Below, piece after piece: positions 27,530-35,350 of a stretch of 64,000 nt of DNA. Position 1 is the first letter of the stretch. Every line of letters begins with the position of its first letter. The notes under the pieces were generated by a model. The model searched no databases and had not been told where the DNA came from. It worked only from the letters and a program-made list of their open reading frames with translations. Made by a program: the position numbers and the translations under genes. Source of the stretch: a virus. The stretch lies in the IMG/VR virus record IMGVR_UViG_3300036832_001488, positions 12,915 to 76,914 of that record; one strand, given 5' to 3'.

Positions 27530-28843
27530 ATGGCTGATGATGTACCTCTGTCTACCACGGTCCCAGAGACTACGACTATCGATCTTGGGGTCGATAAGGC
27601 GCAGGTCGGAGACCTGAATAAATCGTTCGAAGACTTCTGGAAGGACACCGACAAGGGCACCGAGGCTGCGGCACCGGCTAAAGAAGCTCCTCCAGAGGCT
27701 CCTTCAGCGCCGGAAACGCCCAAGGAGGCTCCCAAAGAAACAGAAACGCCGAAGGAGACTGTACCGGCCACAGGAACAGCCCCAGAACCGGTGGATATCG
27801 ATAAGCTCGAACTGACCGCTGGGACTTACACGCCCAGGCCCGAGCATGTTGAGCAATTTAAGAAGATTAAGGACCTCTGGAAAGCCGACCAGCGCAGGGC
27901 CAATGAGGCCGCACAGAAGGCACAGGCCCTAGAGCAGGAGTTAACCCAGGCGCGGCAGAACGCCTGGACGCCAGAGACTCGAGCGGATTACGAGCAGGCC
28001 GTCCAAGTCCGTCGCCGGTTCGACTTCATGTCTGACCCGGATTTTCTCAAACAGTACCACCATCCGGTCAGGAGCCAGTTTGAGCGGATTTTAGACGAAG
28101 CCGTTCAGGTATTGCCCGACCGGCAGGCCGCGCACAACTGGGCCCAGCACATCAAGCAGAACTATGGACCGGACGCAGTCAACCGGGACTGGTGGCTCAA
28201 CAGTGTAGTGGCCAAGGTGCCCAATGAGCTCGACCGAGCAACGCTACTTAATTCTGTTAGCAAGCTCCTGGAATTGCAGCAGAACCGGGATGGCGAGATC
28301 ACCCGCCGGACCAATGACAAGGCCAGCTTCGATAACTGGATAAATGAAAAGGCTAATATGACCAGCCAACGGGTCCAGGCCGAACTCATGGCTGAGATTG
28401 GAGAACAGGAAAAGAAGATCTCCCAGGTGATGCCGGTGGATGTCGCCCAAGCTAAGACCACTGAAGAACGCGCCGCCATGGAGGCGCATAATGCCCGCTT
28501 CCAAAGGCTCAACGACTTCTTTGTTTCCCAGGTTAAAGACATTTCCGCGAACGGCCCGCGCGCCTGGGTGCGAGTGGCTGTCGAGGCGACCCGCTCCCAG
28601 ATAATGAATGAGCAGATCATTAATCTGGAGAAGGAGCTTAAGGATACAAAAGCAGAGCGCGATCAGCTTAAAGGCGATCTAGAAAAGATCACGGGAGCCC
28701 GCCGGAAGTTAGCGCACACTACCGGTACGCAGCCTTCTATGGAGAGTAAGAAAAACGGCCAGGGCCTTAGCATTAAAGACCTGGGAGACCCTCGCAAATC
28801 CATGCAGTCGATTTGGGACGACATCGATAAAGGCACCCAATAA
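27530..28843 (+). CDS. putative capsid scaffolding protein
   Basis: acidic/Pro N-terminus and long coiled coils; follows portal. Confidence 0.6.
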   Translation: MADDVPLSTTVPETTTIDLGVDKAQVGDLNKSFEDFWKDTDKGTEAAAPAKEAPPEAPSAPETPKEAPKETETPKETVPATGTAPEPVDIDKLELTAGTYTPRPEHVEQFKKIKDLWKADQRRANEAAQKAQALEQELTQARQNAWTPETRADYEQAVQVRRRFDFMSDPDFLKQYHHPVRSQFERILDEAVQVLPDRQAAHNWAQHIKQNYGPDAVNRDWWLNSVVAKVPNELDRATLLNSVSKLLELQQNRDGEITRRTNDKASFDNWINEKANMTSQRVQAELMAEIGEQEKKISQVMPVDVAQAKTTEERAAMEAHNARFQRLNDFFVSQVKDISANGPRAWVRVAVEATRSQIMNEQIINLEKELKDTKAERDQLKGDLEKITGARRKLAHTTGTQPSMESKKNGQGLSIKDLGDPRKSMQSIWDDIDKGTQ

Positions 28844-28845
28844 TT

Positions 28846-30252
28846 ATGGCAATCAAAACTGATGCGGCGGCGCTGGAAGCTAAGTATGGCGGCAAAAGCG
28901 GCGGAGCCCAGCCTCCTCCCACCGCAGAGTTTTATTATCCTGGCAGCGGTAAGCCGCCTCCAGGCACAAGCGGGCCTCACCAGATCCCGCAAGGAAAGCC
29001 GGTCGAGCCCGGCCAATTTATCAGCCAAGTGGTGGGCCGGGGCGAAGCGGTTACTCCACAGATGGCGGTTGTTCCGCCTCAGGCCCATGTCCCTAACCAG
29101 CCCCAGATGGCGGTGATGCCGCCCCAGGGCGGTAGTCGCACTTCGATTGGCACCATTGTCGAGCCGACTAAATCCAATCCCTTGGATCAGGCTCAGCAAG
29201 CCCCACCGCAACCACCTGCGGTAGCGCCGGAAGACAATCATGAACTCAAGAACTCTGAGCCTAAGCCCGAGCGCAAGCTGGATCTGGCCAAGCTGATCTG
29301 CGATCACGTCTGGGAGATGGGCGGTGAGAAGAGTGAGGAGGCCCAGAAGTTCTACGAACGCAGCGGTGCGACCCTCAAGAACTGGATGGCGAATCCGGGC
29401 AACATCCCGCTCGCTGCCGTCCTCAAGTTCATGCACCGCACTCCTGGCATTAAAGACATGATCCTTGAGGAGTTAGAGCCCCATTTTGAGGCCAATGGCC
29501 AGGAAGGCTGGGTGACCAGCGCCCCTAACCGCACGAAGACCAACGTGATGATCTGCTCTGCGGTCCTAGACCGGCCTACGCTCCCCTTTACGACTGTTCT
29601 TGGCTATCTCACAAAGAAGTACGAGCTGGGTTTCACATTCCAGGCCGACACGATGATTCACCGGTCGCGGAACATGCTCGCAAAACGTTTTTTAGAATCG
29701 GGTTGCCTATGGAGTCTCTGGCTAGACGCGGATATGGCTCCCCCAATCGCTAATCCTGATTGGTATCGGTACATAACTAACTGCACGAATGTTCCCCAGG
29801 AGTATTGCAGTTACGATGTCCTGGCGCGGATGCTGGGCCAATCCAAAGCCATGATTGGCGGAGTTTACGCCAGCCGCAAATGGCACGGCTCCCTGGTAAT
29901 CCAGCCTGAAATCAACCCGCGCAGTCACGAAGATAAACTCTTGTGTAACGAGATCCGGCGCGGCACGGCGCGAGGCTTAAGTGAAGTTGATTGGATAGGA
30001 TTTGGATGCGCGCTGGTTCATCGGGAAGTGTTCCTCGAAGTGCAGCGTAACTTTCCGCAGCTGGCTCCGCAAACCGAGATAGGCGCATGGCGCTTCTTTC
30101 AACCAGAGGGAGACCTCGGTGAAGACGAAGCATTCTGTCAGCGGGTTAAGGCCTGCAATATCCCGATCTGGTTAGACACCCAGCTCATTTGCGGGCACAT
30201 CGGTTCTATGGCGTTTCTCCCCGAACATTCAGTCGGAGCTTCTGCTATTTGA
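28846..30252 (+). CDS. GT-A (GT2-like) glycosyltransferase with N-terminal low-complexity and HTH-like region
   Basis: IHRSRNMLA, LWLDADM (DxD), GFGCALVHREVF, GEDEAFC, CGHIG. Confidence 0.8.
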   Translation: MAIKTDAAALEAKYGGKSGGAQPPPTAEFYYPGSGKPPPGTSGPHQIPQGKPVEPGQFISQVVGRGEAVTPQMAVVPPQAHVPNQPQMAVMPPQGGSRTSIGTIVEPTKSNPLDQAQQAPPQPPAVAPEDNHELKNSEPKPERKLDLAKLICDHVWEMGGEKSEEAQKFYERSGATLKNWMANPGNIPLAAVLKFMHRTPGIKDMILEELEPHFEANGQEGWVTSAPNRTKTNVMICSAVLDRPTLPFTTVLGYLTKKYELGFTFQADTMIHRSRNMLAKRFLESGCLWSLWLDADMAPPIANPDWYRYITNCTNVPQEYCSYDVLARMLGQSKAMIGGVYASRKWHGSLVIQPEINPRSHEDKLLCNEIRRGTARGLSEVDWIGFGCALVHREVFLEVQRNFPQLAPQTEIGAWRFFQPEGDLGEDEAFCQRVKACNIPIWLDTQLICGHIGSMAFLPEHSVGASAI

Positions 30253-30254
30253 AT

Positions 30255-30728
30255 ATGGCCGGACGAGTTAAAGCCGACGCAGTGACACGTTTCGAAGAGA
30301 AGTTTCAACGTGGAGCACCAAACGAATGCTGGATATGGTCAGCTGGACGCGCCGGACCTAAGTGGAACCAGTACGGGCACTTCAAAGCAGAGGGCCAAAT
30401 AAAGGCTCATCGATTCTCTTATCAGCTCTATGTGGGTCCAATTCCAGAAGAGACCTGTGTCTGCCACCGATGCGATAATCCGCTTTGTGTAAGTCCCGCC
30501 CATCTTTTTCTTGGGACCTATCTGGACAACAACAGGGATGCGATAGCCAAAGGCCGTCATTCTTTTAACACTCGGTTCCAACCGACTATCAGCACTGAAG
30601 TGGTCACTGAGGTCAGAAAGCTTTATGAACCGGGCAAAGTCGGCTACCTGAAACTCGCAAAGCGATTCGGCATTTCTCACAGTCACGTCCGCCAACTCAT
30701 TAAAAGGACCAGACGCCTTGAAGCTTGA
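30255..30728 (+). CDS. HNH homing endonuclease with C-terminal HTH
   Basis: ECWIW..YG..AHRFSY..VCHRCDNPLCVSPAHLFLGT..LAKRFGISHSHV. Confidence 0.9.
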   Translation: MAGRVKADAVTRFEEKFQRGAPNECWIWSAGRAGPKWNQYGHFKAEGQIKAHRFSYQLYVGPIPEETCVCHRCDNPLCVSPAHLFLGTYLDNNRDAIAKGRHSFNTRFQPTISTEVVTEVRKLYEPGKVGYLKLAKRFGISHSHVRQLIKRTRRLEA

Positions 30729-32010
30729 TGTTTTCTACGTGACCTATCGGAAGGATCTTTGCTGGATCGTCTATTCGGCCCAGCTCCTCTTTAAATACCT
30801 GAAAACTGATTTCAGGCTCCACATCGTAGCGGAGCCCGACTGCGAAGAGATCTGTTCGACCTGGGGCCTGCCCTCGACGACCTATCATTACGTGACTCCC
30901 TGGCGGGATGGCTACGCCTTCGCCATGTATCAGAAGTCGATTGCGGACACTTACTCTGATGCCGACTACATCATGGTACTGGACTCAGACCACATGCTGA
31001 CGCGTCCGGTCCAGCTCGAAACCTTCATGGACGGCCCCAAACCGATTATCCGCTACAGAGACTGGGATGAAGACCCCAATGACTACAATTTAGTCGAAGG
31101 TAAGAAGCAATGGGGGCCTCCAACCGAGCGCACGCTGGGAATTCCGCTGGACCGGGATTATATGCGCGGACCTCCCTTCATCTTCGCGCGTAAGACTTTC
31201 GCGCGGGTGCGGGAGCGGGTTGAAGATGTGACCGGGTTGCCATTCCATGATGCCGTCTACTCGGATAGACCCTACGATTATCGGAGCTTCCTCCACCATC
31301 CCAAAGTCTACTGCGATTATGAGGCGCTGGGGCTCTATGCGGCCAAGTTCGAATCTCACAGTTACACCTTAGTGCATCAGCCACCCGATGAGAACTGGCC
31401 ATTCCGGGTCTACTGGAGTCACGGCGATTGGTCTCAAGGAACGCGGGACCAATTGGAGGCTTTATTGCACCGGCCAGAGCCATTTAATGGTGATATCTAT
31501 GTCCAGACTCGAGTGGCCAGCCTTGTCAGTAAGCACGCGATCTCGACCATTGTAGAGACCGGCACCTGCCGGGGCGACAGTACCAAGGTGATGTCCCAGA
31601 TGGCTCCCGTGGTCACGATGGAGCTTGATCCTGAGTCCTACAAGGCCACTAAAGACATGCCCAATGTGACGCGGCTGCAGGGCGATTCGGCCCAGCTCTT
31701 ACCGAAGCTTTTACCGGGAATCGCGGAGCCGATCCTCTTCTATCTGGATGCCCATTGGGGCTCCCACAGCCCGCTCTTAGAAGAGCTGCAGGCTATCCGC
31801 AAATGCCAGAAGCCTCCAGTCATCGTCATTCACGATTTCCAGAACCCTTACCGGGACGACTTGGGATACGACACCTGGGACATCGGCCCCTACACCATGG
31901 AGCTGATTGAACCAGTACTGGAGCAGATCTACCCAGGCGGCTATCTGCACCATCACAACATCGAAGCCTGCGGCCAGAGACGAGGAGTCGTCTACATCGA
32001 ACCATGTTAG
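30718..32010 (+). CDS. glycosyltransferase-like / SAM methyltransferase fusion
   Basis: N-terminal DADYIMVLDSD (DxD); C-terminal IVETGTCRGDST, LQGDS, LFYLDAH, VIVIHD. Confidence 0.75.
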   Translation: MKLDVFYVTYRKDLCWIVYSAQLLFKYLKTDFRLHIVAEPDCEEICSTWGLPSTTYHYVTPWRDGYAFAMYQKSIADTYSDADYIMVLDSDHMLTRPVQLETFMDGPKPIIRYRDWDEDPNDYNLVEGKKQWGPPTERTLGIPLDRDYMRGPPFIFARKTFARVRERVEDVTGLPFHDAVYSDRPYDYRSFLHHPKVYCDYEALGLYAAKFESHSYTLVHQPPDENWPFRVYWSHGDWSQGTRDQLEALLHRPEPFNGDIYVQTRVASLVSKHAISTIVETGTCRGDSTKVMSQMAPVVTMELDPESYKATKDMPNVTRLQGDSAQLLPKLLPGIAEPILFYLDAHWGSHSPLLEELQAIRKCQKPPVIVIHDFQNPYRDDLGYDTWDIGPYTMELIEPVLEQIYPGGYLHHHNIEACGQRRGVVYIEPC

Positions 32011-32207
32011 CCAGCCTTCTTTACCTTGTTATTGCAGCCATTATTCTGGGACTCATTTGGTGGGTCTGCACCCAGCTTCCGTTCATGGCCCCATTCGCGC
32101 ACATCATCCAAGTGTTGTGTGTGGTCGTTTTTGTTATCTACGTCATTTACATTTTAATCGGCTTTATCGGAGGAGGAGGAGGTCACCTCGCTGCACCACC
32201 TAGATGA
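32004..32207 (+). CDS. small two-TM membrane protein
   Basis: two hydrophobic helices separated by LPFMAPF. Confidence 0.7.
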   Translation: MLASLLYLVIAAIILGLIWWVCTQLPFMAPFAHIIQVLCVVVFVIYVIYILIGFIGGGGGHLAAPPR

Positions 32208-32641
32208 GACGTTTTTGGGATAAGGTTCGCGTTCCAGCTGACATTTCCAAATGTTGGGAGTGGCAGGCAGCAAGCCAGAATGATGGTTATGGAGTTTTTC
32301 AGACCGGAACATTCAGATCGCCTCGCCTAGAGAGAGCGCACAGAGTCGCATTTAGACTAACTTTTGGTGAGCCTCCTTCAGGATTATGCGTTCTTCATAG
32401 GTGTGATAAGCCTTCCTGTTGCAATCCCAATCATCTGTTCTTGGGAACCAAAGCTGATAATAACGCCGACATGGACAATAAGGGGCGGCGGAGACACGCC
32501 AGCATCCTGACAAGGCAGCAGGTGGAACGGATTCGAAAAGAATACGCTCCCGGTCAGAACGGCTACAAAAAGCTCGCTCGCTGCTATGGGTTGACGGAGT
32601 TCCATATTCGCAGCCTGATCAAAAGGAGGACCTGGGCGTGA
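32204..32641 (+). CDS. HNH homing endonuclease with C-terminal HTH
   Basis: RFWDKV..CWEW..DGYG..AHRVA..VLHRCDKPSCCNPNHLFLGTKADN. Confidence 0.9.
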   Translation: MRRFWDKVRVPADISKCWEWQAASQNDGYGVFQTGTFRSPRLERAHRVAFRLTFGEPPSGLCVLHRCDKPSCCNPNHLFLGTKADNNADMDNKGRRRHASILTRQQVERIRKEYAPGQNGYKKLARCYGLTEFHIRSLIKRRTWA

Positions 32642-33450
32642 TCTCCTTGACGTTGCAATGTTGTCCCTACGATTTGGATGCAGCGTTCGAGTTGACGCAA
32701 CTAATCGTCAAGATCCAGAAGCAGAAGTTGGAGAATGGTGAGTTTTTTCTGATTTATCGCAAGGACTGCCCATCTTGGGTTACAAAGGAGTTTCAAAAGC
32801 TGGCCGGGTCGAGGTTTGCTCGCGCTCTCGCATGTGTGGCGCGCAACCATGACACCGGCTGGCCGTAGCTGGGCGGCTCCAACATGCTCGCGGCCAGCGC
32901 CTTTATCGAGATGGAGATCCTGCGGCGGGCCGATATCGCCAAAAACGAGGCTTTTCTGCTCTTTGAGCCTGATTGTATTCCCTTATCCAGCGACTGGATC
33001 GCACAGCTCTCGAGCGAATGGGAGTACGCCAAAGCCCTAGGCAAAGAGGCGACCGGCCACTGGCACCAGCAAGGGGATGAGTCGACCCTGCACATGAACG
33101 GTAACGCGATCTTCCGGTTCGACTACTTCGAGCGCCACCCGACCACCATTGTCGGCTGCGGTACCCAAGGCTGGGACTACTGGTTCCGCGACCGGATTAT
33201 CCCGATCTCCTGCGACACCTATGCGATCTTCCAGCTTTATCAGCGCCAATCGATCTCTTTAGAGGAACTGTCCACCATCACCAAGCACGGGCGGCGACCG
33301 GCCCTCCTTCACGGGATCAAAGATTCCAGTGGCCGCAGAGCCGCCGAGGCGCTGATTTCCGGTGTGCAAGTGCCTCTAAATCAGCAAAATCCTTTAGAAA
33401 TTCTTAAGGACGAGAACAAAGTGCTTGCGCTGGGAGCGGCTGAGGAGTAA
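32638..33450 (+). pseudogene. glycosyltransferase-like gene interrupted by a single in-frame TAG (32866-32868)
   Basis: ORFs 32638-32868 and 32884-33450 share a frame: HDTGWP*LGGSNML...FLLFEPDCIPL..W...HMNGNA. Confidence 0.6.
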
Positions 33451-33513
33451 GCCAAAAACTGCAGTTCGGCAGAGTCTGCTCTCTTTCTTCTGCCAAGGCC
33501 TGTCACCGGGGCC

Positions 33514-33607
33514 TCTAGAGTTGTTCGGGGTGCGCTGGGATCAAGCTGGCTGGGTAAGCCAGGAAACCGCACCCCAATTCTGCCTTTCAATAGGCAATAT
33601 CTCTAGA
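33514..33607 (+). ncRNA. putative structured cis-regulatory leader of the capsid gene
   Basis: four nested or branched helices visible by eye (see findings). Confidence 0.5.
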
Positions 33608-33617
33608 TCATAACGTT

Positions 33618-34859
33618 ATGGGCGATTGTATCGTCACCCCGGTTCAGGCCGTGGACTTTGCCAACCGAGACAACAACCGTCTCGTTGGCCAGATCACCAC
33701 TCTCATTATGCGGCGCGCGCCGTACAATGACACTTTAGATGGCGGCGTTTTCGAGAATGCCATTTCCGATCAACAGCGCAACGTAGTCGTTGAGCGACCG
33801 ATTCTGGGCCAGTCCCTGGTTCTGCCAGAATACATCAACGACACCGATTCCTGCGGAACCTTTGGTCAGATCGCGCAAGTAGGCACGACGGAGTATGTAA
33901 CTAGGCTTGGCACGCTCAGAGGAAGAGGACCAAAAGTTTGCGTTAAGCAAATGCGCAGTGCCTTCCAAAATTCCTATGTTGCAGTTCAAGACTCACTCCA
34001 AAAACAGTTACTCTATCTGGCTAACTGCGATGTGCGTTCTCAGTTGTTTTTACATAGTGGCGTTAAGGTTAAGATTAACCAGGGCCGCACCTTTGAACAA
34101 ATGGTCAATGGCGACGTTCAAATGATCGATGTTCCTGTGAACGATTCGACGCCACCGGACGCGAACCTCACCTTCAGTTTCCTGCAGTATTTGTTAGTTT
34201 TCGCGCATGAAACCTTACTCTGCGAGAGCTTCGAATCCGAGAAAGGCACGGTTGCTAAGTTCATTGGTAGTCAGACTCAGCTGAATGTCTTCCGCGATGA
34301 GCTGAATGTTCACCAAGACTTGCAGTACCTGACCACAGGCCGCTACGAGTTAGGTAACGAATCTATAACAGGTTATACATGGGAGGGTCCATACAGAGGC
34401 ATTGCGTTTGGCATAGATCAGCAGCCTCTGCGTTTTAACCAGTTTACCGTCCTCAACGGTCAGCTGATCCCGCAGTTTATCGAGCCAGAAATTGCGGTTC
34501 CGGTGACCACTGGCTTTGGCGCGCGGACTAACCCGGCTTGGCTCTATGCCCAGTACGAGGTTGGCTTCCTCATGTTTGCCAACTCGTTCCGCCGGTTAGT
34601 TCCTGAGCAATACTTAGGCGTTGGCGACTGGAAATTTCCAGCCCAGTTCGCCCAAGGAGAATTGGAATTCACGGTCATTAGAGATAATGACTGCAACACT
34701 TACGGCGACTACGGCTATCACATCTACCAAATGATCAGGGCCTATCGGCCGGAGAGGCCTCATGCCGTGATTCCGATCATGTACAAGAGGTGCAACCCGA
34801 CCTTTAACTTCCTAACCTGCCCGAGCTATCCTGGCTCTGCCAGCGGTTACGCGATGTAA
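33618..34859 (+). CDS. major capsid protein
   Basis: 413 aa downstream of portal/scaffold, followed by a strong terminator; length and position typical of an HK97-fold MCP. Confidence 0.75.
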   Translation: MGDCIVTPVQAVDFANRDNNRLVGQITTLIMRRAPYNDTLDGGVFENAISDQQRNVVVERPILGQSLVLPEYINDTDSCGTFGQIAQVGTTEYVTRLGTLRGRGPKVCVKQMRSAFQNSYVAVQDSLQKQLLYLANCDVRSQLFLHSGVKVKINQGRTFEQMVNGDVQMIDVPVNDSTPPDANLTFSFLQYLLVFAHETLLCESFESEKGTVAKFIGSQTQLNVFRDELNVHQDLQYLTTGRYELGNESITGYTWEGPYRGIAFGIDQQPLRFNQFTVLNGQLIPQFIEPEIAVPVTTGFGARTNPAWLYAQYEVGFLMFANSFRRLVPEQYLGVGDWKFPAQFAQGELEFTVIRDNDCNTYGDYGYHIYQMIRAYRPERPHAVIPIMYKRCNPTFNFLTCPSYPGSASGYAM

Positions 34860-34865
34860 TCAAAT

Positions 34866-34896
34866 CAGGGCGGCGAATAGCCGCCCTGTTAGTTTT
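34866..34896 (+). terminator. intrinsic terminator after MCP
   Basis: CAGGGCGGC-gaata-GCCGCCCTG then TTAGTTTT. Confidence 0.8.
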
Positions 34897-35017
34897 CCAC
34901 CGGGAGGGGCCGGGGCTGCAACCTAAGTCTTTAACAGAAAGGAAACGCCAAGCTAGGTTACTTCAAGAACCACCTAAAAGAGAGAAACAACGGCGGTTTC
35001 CGGCCCCTCATTTTTCT

Positions 35018-35350
35018 ATGAGTAAAACAATCGATCTCGGCAAACGTCCTTCTGATCTAGAAGACTCTATCCGGCCCAATAACAGCAAGGATGAGCCCTA
35101 CTATCCTGATATCTATATCGATAGTGACGACCCGAAATTAGCTGATATCCCTGATAAAGGGGAATGCACAATCAAGTACCGGGTCTGCAGCCGGACGCAC
35201 CGGGAAGAGGGAAAAGACAAGGATAAGAAGCATTCCTGTTCAGTGCGCATGGAGATCCTCTCAATCACGCCGCCTGAGAAAGACAAAAAGAAAAATGGCA
35301 GTTACGGCGATGATGCCCGCAAGAGCTTTAAAGACTACTTCAAAAACTAG
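35018..35350 (+). CDS. small charged protein
   Basis: 110 aa between MCP and tail adaptor. Confidence 0.6.
   Translation: MSKTIDLGKRPSDLEDSIRPNNSKDEPYYPDIYIDSDDPKLADIPDKGECTIKYRVCSRTHREEGKDKDKKHSCSVRMEILSITPPEKDKKKNGSYGDDARKSFKDYFKN

Noticed and set aside
33575-33600. tRNA gene (T-arm-like TGCCT-TTCAAT-AGGCA)
   Set aside because: No D-arm or anticodon arm with correct spacing and no CCA end; treated as part of the MCP leader
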